Below, piece by piece: positions 19,886-28,549 of a stretch of 64,000 nt of DNA. The position numbers and the translations under genes are program-made. The stretch comes from Akkermansiaceae bacterium. Lineage in GTDB: Bacteria > Verrucomicrobiota > Verrucomicrobiia > Verrucomicrobiales > Akkermansiaceae. The stretch spans positions 23,770 through 87,769 of the forward strand of contig JANPEG010000067.1 in assembly GCA_031431855.1 (NCBI GenBank). Reading direction: 5' to 3'. Under the pieces are notes generated by a model that worked only from the letters and a program-made list of their open reading frames with translations, was not told the origin of the DNA and made no database searches. How positions within the stretch are numbered: the stretch's first letter is position 1; each line of letters begins with the position of its first letter.

Positions 19886-20700
19886 GGGTGTGGTGGTTTA
19901 GGTAGGGAGTGAGGGACTGCAAGTCCCTCCGACGGACTGGGACTGCAAGTCGCAGCCACATTTGGGATTGGTGTTGATTTGGGAAAGTGGGGAATTTTTT
20001 TGAGGAAGAGTAGGAGCGCGTGGAGGTGAATGCGGAAGATGATGGAGAGGGAGATGAGAGGATATTTGATGGCAAACCACGCGAGACGGGAAGCGGTGAG
20101 TTTGCCTTGCTCACCACGGATGGCGGAGAGGAGGGTGGGTTTGGCGTCGGTGAGGTTGTCGATGTGGACCGTCCAGTTTTCAGAAGGTTGGCCGACGCGG
20201 AAGTGGAAGGTGTCGTTAGGATTGGAGAAGGGGGAGACGTAAAAGTTTTTTGCGACGGTGTGGTTGAAGCGGCCTTCGGTGTTGGGTTCACCGAGGGGGA
20301 AGAGTTTCATTTCTCGATAGGTGTTGGTGACTTCGGCGACGGCGGTGATGGGTTCTCCGTTGCTACGGTAGATGTAGTAGAAAGAAACGGGATTGAAGGC
20401 GTAGCCGAGGACGCGGGGAAAAGTGATGAGCTTGATGATCGCATCGGCTGGGATTGCGGTGCCTTTTTCCGAAAGCCATGTGGTGAGGTTTTGTCGGATA
20501 TTTTTTTCCGGGTCGGTGTTGATATGATCGCGGTTATCGATGGAGAAGAGGTTGAAGCGATTTTGGGAAAGCAGGGGGACGTTAGGAAAAGAATCGAGAT
20601 CAATGGCGAGCATAAACACTCGGTAATGGAACGCGTGTTTTTTTGGGGAGATGCGGGTGTGGGTGACGCTGCATTCGTAGATGGAATTTCCGTTGATCAT
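19882..20700 (-). CDS. DUF1365-domain protein (UfaO-like)
   Basis: HTRISPKKHAFHY, LGYAFNPVSFYY, AEVTNT and KNFYVSPF motifs; ATGA overlaps on both sides. Confidence 0.85.
   Translation of the reverse strand: MINGNSIYECSVTHTRISPKKHAFHYRVFMLAIDLDSFPNVPLLSQNRFNLFSIDNRDHINTDPEKNIRQNLTTWLSEKGTAIPADAIIKLITFPRVLGYAFNPVSFYYIYRSNGEPITAVAEVTNTYREMKLFPLGEPNTEGRFNHTVAKNFYVSPFSNPNDTFHFRVGQPSENWTVHIDNLTDAKPTLLSAIRGEQGKLTASRLAWFAIKYPLISLSIIFRIHLHALLLFLKKIPHFPKSTPIPNVAATCSPSPSEGLAVPHSLPKPPHP
19901..19959. repeat. Inverted REP-like pair (REPIN) inside the DUF1365 3' end
   Basis: GGTAG-GGAGTGAGGGACTGCAAGTCCCTC faces GTGG-CTGCGACTTGCAGTCCC; shared core GGACTGCAAGTC. Confidence 0.6.
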
Positions 20701-22022
20701 GCTTGGATTTCGGAATTGAGCGCGAGTCCCGACTTTTTCGGGAGAACTGGACTCGCGCGGTCCACTTGCCGCCACGGGTCTTGGTTGAGAATTTGTTCGC
20801 AAAGGCGGTGAGCAGACCAGATGCCATCCTCGTGAAAGCCGTATCTCTGCCATGCTCCGCAGTAGAATCGGTTGGTGTGGTTGCCGTCGAAGTTGAGATC
20901 CGGAATGCGATCCTGAGCTTTGATCGCTGCGCTACTGAAGATGGGATGCTCGTATTCGAGTTCGTGATGGATTTTTTCCGGAGCGATTTCGCCCGGAGGG
21001 TTGATGGAAACGAAGTAGTTTTCGTTTTCCGAGACGCCTTGGAGTCTGTTCATCCAATAATGCGTGGAGTGTTTTCCAGAGGACTCGACGCGGTAATTCC
21101 ACGAGGCCCAAGCGCGCTTGGTTTGCGGCATGAAACGGTGATCGGTGTGGACGACGGCTCTGTTGGGTTGATAATTAAAATGACAGAGAATATCGCTTTC
21201 GAGTGGAGTGGGAGATTCTAGGAGTTTTAGCGATTGATCTCCATGCGAGGCAAAGATGATTTGATCAAAATGCTGCGAGCTTCCATCAGCGAGAGTGACT
21301 TTATTTTCTGCGGACACACTGCGAACAGGATTTCCCGTTACGATTTGTGTTTTAAAAGGAGCAGTGATTTTTTCGACGTATTGGCGAGAGCCATCAACCA
21401 CAGTTCGCCATGGGTGCTGGGTATCGAGACCGAGGAAGCCGTGGTTGTGCCAGAAGCGCATGAGAGTTCTAGCTGGGAAATCGTCGATCCGTTCCGGTGG
21501 AGACGACCAGACCGCGGCGGCCATGGGGGAGAGATACCAATTTAAAAAATCTTCTCCGTAGCCGCGGGCTTTCACATAATCGGCTAGTGAGAGATCTCCG
21601 TATTGAGGGTTCGCGAGTTCTTCGACTGTCTCTTTGTTAAAGCGATTGATCTGGAGCAGCATTTTCCAGTAGCGAGCGCGGAACAGGTTTTTGCGTTGAG
21701 CGAAGAGCAGGTTGAGCGAACCACCATTGAACTCCACATCAGCTGGAATGTGTTGCACGGAAAACGACATCTCCGTGGGTTTGGTTTCGACGTTGAGTTC
21801 TTTGAAAAGGCGGGTGAGGTGAGGATAGGTGACCTCGTTGTAAACCATGAAGCCGGTATCTAGCGGGAGGTGCTTGCCGTTTTCCTTAACGGTTACCGTG
21901 TTGGAATGTCCTCCGATGCGGCGGTCTTTTTCAAACAGGGTGACGTTGTAATGGCGATGCAGGAAATGAGCGCAGGCGAGCCCGGAGATACCTGTTCCGA
22001 TGATGGCGATTTTCTTCTGCAA
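20697..22022 (-). CDS. FAD-dependent oxidoreductase (amine-oxidase-like, UfaD-like)
   Basis: IAIIGTGISG dinucleotide fold, GGHSNT, DTGFMVYN and YGFHEDG motifs. Confidence 0.9.
   Translation of the reverse strand: MQKKIAIIGTGISGLACAHFLHRHYNVTLFEKDRRIGGHSNTVTVKENGKHLPLDTGFMVYNEVTYPHLTRLFKELNVETKPTEMSFSVQHIPADVEFNGGSLNLLFAQRKNLFRARYWKMLLQINRFNKETVEELANPQYGDLSLADYVKARGYGEDFLNWYLSPMAAAVWSSPPERIDDFPARTLMRFWHNHGFLGLDTQHPWRTVVDGSRQYVEKITAPFKTQIVTGNPVRSVSAENKVTLADGSSQHFDQIIFASHGDQSLKLLESPTPLESDILCHFNYQPNRAVVHTDHRFMPQTKRAWASWNYRVESSGKHSTHYWMNRLQGVSENENYFVSINPPGEIAPEKIHHELEYEHPIFSSAAIKAQDRIPDLNFDGNHTNRFYCGAWQRYGFHEDGIWSAHRLCEQILNQDPWRQVDRASPVLPKKSGLALNSEIQA
20718..20765. repeat. REP-like hairpin inside the oxidoreductase 3' end
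   Basis: Perfect 10-bp stem GCGCGAGTCC/GGACTCGCGC with an inner CCCGA-N-TCGGG; GTGG head on the minus strand. Confidence 0.6.
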
Positions 22023-22046
22023 AAGGGTAAGTGGTTAGAAATTTTT

Positions 22047-22093
22047 CACCGCGGAGGCGCAGAGGTCGCAGAGGGACGCAGAGGGACGCAGAG
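22047..22093. repeat. Decamer tandem repeat (CGCAGAGGGA-type)
   Basis: caccgcggaggcgcagaggtcgcagagggacgcagagggacgcagag lies in an intergenic gap. Confidence 0.6.
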
Positions 22094-22104
22094 CTTGATG
22101 GAAA

Positions 22105-23058
22105 TTATTGAGAAGGGTTGTTTTTAGCTTCCTCGATGACAGCATGCGGGACGGGGCGGAGGTCCCAGACTAGGCCGAATTTTGAGAGGAGTTTTAGGAT
22201 GTAGTAGGTGGGGTCGATTTCGTGAGGGAGGAAACCTTGGCGGGTGGAGTGTGGGAAGCGGTGGTGGTTGTTGTGCCAACCTTCGCCGAGGGTGATGAGG
22301 GCTAGGAAGAAATTGTTGCGTGAATCGTCCTCGGTATTGAAGCGGCGTTTTCCCCAGACGTGAGCGAGGGAGTTGATGAACAAAGTGCCGTGAAGTAGGA
22401 CGGTGGTGGAGATAAAAAACGTCCATACGAAGAACTGCCACATCGTGGTGCCGAGTGATGGCGCGAAAGTTTCCAACACCCAACCGATGGCGAGCATGAT
22501 GATGCCGAAGGCGATGGGCACGACCTGATCGAAGCGATTCAGCCAAACCAGTTCGGGAAATTTCACGAGGTCGGGGATGGCTTTGTAGTTGGTGGGGAAA
22601 TTACGTTTCGATGTTAGCCAACCGATGTGTGACCAGAGGAAGCCGCTGATGCGTGGCGAGTGGATGTCTTCTTCTTCGTCGGAATGTTTGTGGTGATGGC
22701 GATGTGTGGCGGCCCACCATAGCGAGCCGCGTTGCATGGAGGTGTTTCCGACTAGGGCGAGGATGAACTGGAAGGTTCGTGAGGTTTTATAAGAGCGATG
22801 CGCGAAGTAGCGATGGTAGAAACCTGTGATCGCAAACATGCGAATGAAATAAAGCGCGACCGCAGCAATGACCGCGATGGGGCTGATGCCGACCCAAATC
22901 ACAGCGAAGCAACCGATGTGCAAAAAGATGAACGGGATGGTGCGTTGCCAATCGATCTTGTCGGGAAGGGTCGATGGATCGGGATCTCCGGGAGCGCGGT
23001 AGTCAGAATCCCACCAATGCCCGATCATGGTTGTGAATGCTTTGATACGTGGAGTCAT
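22105..23058 (-). CDS. Acyl-CoA/acyl-lipid delta-9-type fatty acid desaturase
   Basis: Three His boxes: HRYFAH, HRHHH and HNNHH. Confidence 0.92.
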   Translation of the reverse strand: MTPRIKAFTTMIGHWWDSDYRAPGDPDPSTLPDKIDWQRTIPFIFLHIGCFAVIWVGISPIAVIAAVALYFIRMFAITGFYHRYFAHRSYKTSRTFQFILALVGNTSMQRGSLWWAATHRHHHKHSDEEEDIHSPRISGFLWSHIGWLTSKRNFPTNYKAIPDLVKFPELVWLNRFDQVVPIAFGIIMLAIGWVLETFAPSLGTTMWQFFVWTFFISTTVLLHGTLFINSLAHVWGKRRFNTEDDSRNNFFLALITLGEGWHNNHHRFPHSTRQGFLPHEIDPTYYILKLLSKFGLVWDLRPVPHAVIEEAKNNPSQ

Positions 23059-23070
23059 GGTTTCTGAAAA

Positions 23071-23664
23071 TTATTTTTCGAAGCGTTTGCGAATGGATTC
23101 GATGACACCACCGAGCACGGGGAGTTGTCCGTAAATGTTTGTGCCGGAATCCCAGAAATCTTGATGCATGATGACTTGGCCGGCGGAGTTGAAGCGGACG
23201 TGGCTCATGCCTACGGATTCCACGGGTTTTCCGCTATTTAATTTCGGTGCGGCGAAAACCATGGTCCAGCGGACGTAGTGATCGTTTCCGGATGAAACCG
23301 TATCATCCACCGTGATTTGGTATTGAGTCATGGTTTCTGCTGTTTTGAGGAAATAGGATTTGATCTGCTCAACTCCGTGGTGAGTAACGAGTGTGTCGTT
23401 CAAATAAGCATCTGTTGCGTAGACCTTAGCAGCGTTGGCTTCGACGTAAGCTTGATCGTCGATTTTTTGCAGAAAAGTCGTGAAGGCATTAAGTGATTCT
23501 TCATTTCCTGGCGCGGCGTCTTGGCTTTTTGCGAGGACAGTTTTGTATTCCTTGGTACGTGCTGCGGTGTTGAAACTTGGTGCGCAGGCGGGAATGAGGA
23601 TGGCGATCGCAACGAGCGCCAGCAGCAGATAGGGAATGGTTTGGATCAGCATTTTAAAAGACAT
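23071..23664 (-). CDS. SnoaL/NTF2-like lipoprotein
   Basis: Lipobox IPAC; YLND and VIMHQDFWD motifs typical of NTF2-like proteins beside cfa clusters. Confidence 0.7.
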   Translation of the reverse strand: MSFKMLIQTIPYLLLALVAIAILIPACAPSFNTAARTKEYKTVLAKSQDAAPGNEESLNAFTTFLQKIDDQAYVEANAAKVYATDAYLNDTLVTHHGVEQIKSYFLKTAETMTQYQITVDDTVSSGNDHYVRWTMVFAAPKLNSGKPVESVGMSHVRFNSAGQVIMHQDFWDSGTNIYGQLPVLGGVIESIRKRFEK

Positions 23665-23720
23665 TCCGGATCATAGCACTGTTTGTCCCGAGCGCTACTG
23701 GTAGTCTTCGAGTTTTTTTA

Positions 23721-25685
23721 TTAACTCTCAAAATACGTATATCCACCAAGGCCATCGCGATAGAGATCCATGATTTCCTTGCGCTCTTTCGGCGAAATGC
23801 GGCCGTCGGTGACTGCTTTTTCAGCGAAATTGCGGAATTTTGAGACAAGTTCTTTAGGGTCGAACTCGACGTAGGAGAGCACGTCCGCCACGGTGTCGCC
23901 CTCGACTTCATGGGTGTAGACGGGTTTACCATTTTCGAGATGGACACCAACAACGTTGGTATCGCCGAGGAGATTGTGCAGATCGCCGAGAGTTTCCTGA
24001 TATGCACCGACGAGGAAAATACCGATGTAGTAAGGTTCATCGGACTTGAGTTCGTGGAGCAGGAGGATTTTCGCGACGTCTTCTTTATCAATGAATCGGT
24101 CGATCTTGCCATCGCAGTCGCAGGTGATGTCGGCGAGAACCGCGCGGTGCTTGGGTTTCTCGTTGAGGCGGTGGATGGGAAGAATGGGGAAAAGTTGGTC
24201 AATCGCCCATGAGTCGGGGAGGGATTGGAACAGAGAAAAGTTTCCGTAATAGAAATCGGCGAGGCCGTTTGAGAGTTCGACGAGATCCTCTGGCACATCG
24301 TCCATGTCGGAAATCATGTTAGAAATGCGGGTGAGAATGTGCCAATACCAAGCCTCTGCGAGACCGCGTTCGCGCAGAGTTGCTGCGCCATAGAGGAACA
24401 TGGCACGGACTTGATCGCGGTAGTATACCGCATCATTCATTGCCTCTTGGAGATTCTTTTTGCTGAGGGTTTTATTAACGTGGAAAAGGTTCGCGAGGTT
24501 CTGCGGAGCTTTTTCCGGCATCTCGGGTTCCTTGTCTGTGGTCTGCGCGGAGGTCACGTCGAGGATGTTGAACACCAGCACTGAGTAATAGGAAACGACG
24601 GCGCGACCGGATTCGGAAATGAGATTGGGATGTGCGACGCCGACGCGGTCGCATTGCTGCCCGATAACCTCGACGATGTCGGTGCAGTATTCTTGGATGG
24701 AGTAGTTGCAGGATGATGCGAAGTTGGTGTGTGATCCATCGTAGTCGACCGCCATGCCACCGCCCATGTCGAGCACTCCCATCGGTGCGCCTTCTTTGAC
24801 GAGATCGCAATACATGCGGACAGCTTCGGTGGCACCTTCGCGGATGGCGGCGATGTTAGGAATCTGGCTGCCTTGATGATAGTGCAGCATTTTCAAGCAG
24901 GGCAGGTGGCCGCTGGCTTTGAGGGAATCTACCACATTGATGACTTGCGCGGCGTTGAGACCGAAAACAGATTTATCGCCTGCGGATTCTTGCCAGTGGC
25001 CGGAGCCTTTGGTGGAAAGTCTGATGCGGATGCCTAAGTTGGGTAGGACGCCGATCTTGCGTGAGCGCTCGAGAATGAGATCGAGCTCACTGGGCATTTC
25101 CAGGACCAACATGATTTTCATCCCCATTTTCTGAGAGTGTAGGGCGAGGTCGATGAATTCCTCATCCTTGTAGCCATTGCAAATGATGTAGGCTTCGGGA
25201 TCGTGCATGTGCGCGAGTGCGGCGATGAGTTCCGGCTTTGATCCTGCCTCAAGGCCGTAGTGATATTTTTTTCCGAACTCGGCAATTTCCTCAATGACCT
25301 GGCGTTGTTGGTTCACCTTGATCGGGTAAACACCGCGGTAATTTCCTTGGTATTTCGTGACTTTGATCGCTTCGCGGAAAGCTTCATTGATCTCGGTGAT
25401 ACGGGAGTGTAAGAGGTCGCGGAAACGAAGAAGAACCGGTAAATGCGTGCCGCGATCGCGTAGGCCATCAATGACATTATAAAGGGAAACTTTGGCACTG
25501 TGTTCGCCGTCTTCGAGTTTCACCGTGACGTGACCGTCTTTGTTGACACCGAAAAATTTATGTCCCCATGCCTCAACACCATAGAGTTCAGCAGACTGCT
25601 CAGTTGACCAACCTTTGGCGGGTTTGGTTTTGGAAGGTTTGGTGGATGGGGCGGCGGTTGGCGGAATCACGGGTGAAACCTGCAT
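23721..25685 (-). CDS. speA: Biosynthetic arginine decarboxylase
   Basis: VYPIKVNQ PLP-lysine motif, EAGSKPEL, HYHQGSQI and DITCDCDG. Confidence 0.96.
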   Translation of the reverse strand: MQVSPVIPPTAAPSTKPSKTKPAKGWSTEQSAELYGVEAWGHKFFGVNKDGHVTVKLEDGEHSAKVSLYNVIDGLRDRGTHLPVLLRFRDLLHSRITEINEAFREAIKVTKYQGNYRGVYPIKVNQQRQVIEEIAEFGKKYHYGLEAGSKPELIAALAHMHDPEAYIICNGYKDEEFIDLALHSQKMGMKIMLVLEMPSELDLILERSRKIGVLPNLGIRIRLSTKGSGHWQESAGDKSVFGLNAAQVINVVDSLKASGHLPCLKMLHYHQGSQIPNIAAIREGATEAVRMYCDLVKEGAPMGVLDMGGGMAVDYDGSHTNFASSCNYSIQEYCTDIVEVIGQQCDRVGVAHPNLISESGRAVVSYYSVLVFNILDVTSAQTTDKEPEMPEKAPQNLANLFHVNKTLSKKNLQEAMNDAVYYRDQVRAMFLYGAATLRERGLAEAWYWHILTRISNMISDMDDVPEDLVELSNGLADFYYGNFSLFQSLPDSWAIDQLFPILPIHRLNEKPKHRAVLADITCDCDGKIDRFIDKEDVAKILLLHELKSDEPYYIGIFLVGAYQETLGDLHNLLGDTNVVGVHLENGKPVYTHEVEGDTVADVLSYVEFDPKELVSKFRNFAEKAVTDGRISPKERKEIMDLYRDGLGGYTYFES

Positions 25686-25766
25686 GATTACGCTAAAACT
25701 TCAAACTTGAAATTTAGGCCAACAGGAAGTGGGGGTGGTCAAGTAGTTGGCTTGGCGATCTGGATT

Positions 25767-26948
25767 TTACTCATTGGGTAGATATGCGGCGTCACGGTCG
25801 ATTTGAAACGTCCATTCAAGGGGCTTGCTGGCAGGTTTTCCTTCGAGATCTTTCCAAGTGACAATCACGTCACAAGTCTTATTGCGCAGGCGGCGATTCA
25901 CTTGCCACGAGAAGAGTTTTCCCTCGCTGGCGTAGTTGGCGGGAACTTCACCGAAGCCGGCGACCTGCATTTTGAGGGTTTTCGGGTCGATGTTGGTAGC
26001 AGTAGATAAATCGACTTCGATGTTTGGAAGGCGTGAGTTGACGATGGCGCCAGCCTGTGGATTGACGGGAAACTCCAAGGTTTTGGCAGATCCATCGATC
26101 ATGCCACCGGCGCTATCTGCTGTGGGATCGCGGAAGTTCATCGCGAATTCGAAGATTTTGTCATAATTACCGAGAATGATGTAGCGAGGTAAAATCTTAT
26201 CGGGAGAATCACGTTTTACTTTTCCAGGCTGCACGGTGAAAAGGTGTGTGTAGCCAATTTGTTCCGCTTTGATTAGCATTTCATCCGTGAAAAATCCGCC
26301 GGGATAGGCATAGGTCGTGACGTTCTTTTTGAATTGTTTTTCGAGGAAACGTTTGGAATCGCTCATTTCCACATCGAGAAACTGATCGTATTCTTTAGCC
26401 CCTTGTTTGATGTATTTTTTTACCGTCTGGGGGTAAGGGTGGGAGGTTGAATGGGAGCCGATGGTTGCTCCGTTTTTGATCATTTCCTTGATCATGGCTG
26501 TGGTTAGCGCCTTGCCCCCGCCGTCGATGTAGTCTTTGTAAAGATAGATGGTGAAAGGATAGCCGAACTCTTTAAGGATGGGATAGGCGTCGGTGTAAAC
26601 GGACTTCCAGCCGTCATCGATGGTAATGACCACGGATTTAGCGGGGATGGTTTTTTCTCCCTTTTTCCATGAGATAAAGTCGGACATGGGAATGATGGCG
26701 AAGCCGAGTTCTCGGATGGTTTCGAGTTGTTCACGGAATTTCGAGGTGCGGATCCGCATCGCGGTTTCTGGTTCGGTCTCGGAAAATTCGTGGTAACCAA
26801 GAACAGCCACGCGAACGCCATCGTCGGGAAGTCCTGGTTGCTCGGTGACAGGTGGATTCGGAGCCTGTGGGTTGGGCTCATTCACTTGGCCGAAAGCGGC
26901 TGCAGCCATTGCAAACCAAAGAAAAAATGAGTAGCGGACGGAAATCAT
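25767..26948 (-). CDS. Exported polysaccharide deacetylase (CE4/NodB)
   Basis: LGYH, ITIDDGW, GSHSTSH and YAYPGG motifs. Confidence 0.88.
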   Translation of the reverse strand: MISVRYSFFLWFAMAAAAFGQVNEPNPQAPNPPVTEQPGLPDDGVRVAVLGYHEFSETEPETAMRIRTSKFREQLETIRELGFAIIPMSDFISWKKGEKTIPAKSVVITIDDGWKSVYTDAYPILKEFGYPFTIYLYKDYIDGGGKALTTAMIKEMIKNGATIGSHSTSHPYPQTVKKYIKQGAKEYDQFLDVEMSDSKRFLEKQFKKNVTTYAYPGGFFTDEMLIKAEQIGYTHLFTVQPGKVKRDSPDKILPRYIILGNYDKIFEFAMNFRDPTADSAGGMIDGSAKTLEFPVNPQAGAIVNSRLPNIEVDLSTATNIDPKTLKMQVAGFGEVPANYASEGKLFSWQVNRRLRNKTCDVIVTWKDLEGKPASKPLEWTFQIDRDAAYLPNE

Positions 26949-27116
26949 GGCTTCAATCTACTCTGCTCTAGGCGGCTTGTAAACCCAGCTCTTGAGCCAA
27001 GCGTGGAGAGCAAAGAGCAGGGAGTTTGGGTTTTGAAAATTGAGATTTAAAAATTATAAAATCTTCTCTTGTGGACGCTTGCCATGGGCGAGGGATTCAC
27101 CATAGTTTTCAACTAG

Positions 27117-27713
27117 ATGGCAAACTTCTTCTCTCAACTGGAATTTAAATTTCCCAAGTGGGCGCGCGGATTGAAGTTACCGAAAAAATCCGCTCTAACA
27201 GATTCTTTAGATAAGACTGATCCGGGAATGACGGTTTGGTGTAGGGAACAGGCGATGTCTTTTGGGCTTCCTGAATTAGCTAGAAAAGTTCGTGTGGTGT
27301 GGAATCCAAGAATGCGCACGACAGCGGGCCGCGCTTGGTGGCCAAATCGATTGATCGAGATCAATCCCAAGCTCAATGATCTTTCAGAAGCTCAAGTTTG
27401 GAGAACATTGAAACATGAGTTCGCACACTTGTTAGCGTTTGAGCGTTGTGGACGTCGTCAGATAGATCCGCACGGGGTCGAATGGCAAGCGGCATGTTGT
27501 GAATTAGGAATTCCAGGTGAAAGCGCGTGTCATTCATTGCCTCTGAAAAGTCGTAGAATGAAGCGCAAATATGTTTACGTTTGTTCTTCATGTTTTTCCG
27601 AGATCAAACGTGTCCGCCCTATGCAGCGTGCGGTGGCTTGTTATTCCTGCTGCAAAAAATTCAATGCAGGAAATTATCACGAGCGTTTCCGCTTGATCAA
27701 AAACTCGCTCTGA
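27117..27713 (+). CDS. SprT-family Zn metalloprotease
   Basis: MRTTAGRA, HEFAH and HGVEW motifs; C-terminal Cys ribbon. Confidence 0.88.
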   Translation: MANFFSQLEFKFPKWARGLKLPKKSALTDSLDKTDPGMTVWCREQAMSFGLPELARKVRVVWNPRMRTTAGRAWWPNRLIEINPKLNDLSEAQVWRTLKHEFAHLLAFERCGRRQIDPHGVEWQAACCELGIPGESACHSLPLKSRRMKRKYVYVCSSCFSEIKRVRPMQRAVACYSCCKKFNAGNYHERFRLIKNSL

Positions 27714-27810
27714 ACGGAGATTCGCGATTTTTTTTTCATTTTGTTAAAAAATTTGAGGCAATTGTTTCGCTATTCGTTGCGATAAACAAAAACCGCATTA
27801 ACTTCCCGCC

Positions 27811-28533
27811 ATGAATTTAGATTTCATCACCATTTCTCCCTTAGGTTTCATCATGGGTCTTTCGCCGACTCTTGTGATCATTTTCATCGCCACGGCTCTC
27901 GTCAGTTGGTTGGTCAGCCACACCATGAAGCGTCGGTTCAATCAGTATTCACAAATTCCGGTGCGTTACACTGGAGCGGAGATCATGCTTCGTGAAAGCG
28001 GGATCAACGATGTTCAGGTCATCAGTACTCCGGGTAAACTCACGGATCACTACGATCCAAAAACCCGCACGGTGAACCTTAGCGAATCGGTTTACGCGAT
28101 GAACAACCTCGCAGCTGCCGCTGTTGCCGCGCACGAATGCGGTCACGCGATTCAACATCAGAAAGCGTATGTTTGGCTGACGATGCGTTCGAAAATGGTT
28201 CCCGCTGTGCAGTTCGCAGGCACGGCGCTGAACTTTATCATGATCGCCGGTATGCTCGGAGCTGTGCTACTTCACACTCCGTTGTTTCTCTTTATCTGGG
28301 TTGGCTTGTTCGCGCTCACAACTTTGTTTTCCTTCGTGACTTTGCCGGTTGAGTTTGATGCCAGCAAACGCGCCCTTGCATGGCTTGGAAAATCGGGAGT
28401 CTCATCATCCGTGGACCATAGAAAAGCAGAGAACGCGCTTTTCTGGGCAGCGATGACTTATGTTGTGGCGGCTCTCGGATCGCTCGCGATGCTGCTCTAC
28501 TACATCTCCATGTTGTTTGGCCGGAGAGATTAG
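27811..28533 (+). CDS. Membrane zinc metallopeptidase (YugP/Zn_peptidase_2)
   Basis: GKLTDHYDP, AAHECGHAIQH, VEFDASKRA and AAMTYV motifs. Confidence 0.92.
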   Translation: MNLDFITISPLGFIMGLSPTLVIIFIATALVSWLVSHTMKRRFNQYSQIPVRYTGAEIMLRESGINDVQVISTPGKLTDHYDPKTRTVNLSESVYAMNNLAAAAVAAHECGHAIQHQKAYVWLTMRSKMVPAVQFAGTALNFIMIAGMLGAVLLHTPLFLFIWVGLFALTTLFSFVTLPVEFDASKRALAWLGKSGVSSSVDHRKAENALFWAAMTYVVAALGSLAMLLYYISMLFGRRD

Positions 28534-28549
28534 GTAGATGGATATTTAA

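Noticed and set aside
20020-20811. 263-aa plus-strand ORF; similar long antisense ORFs at 6777, 36092, 37531, 43295 and 57372
   Set aside because: These are shadow ORFs opposite well-supported genes, expected from codon bias.
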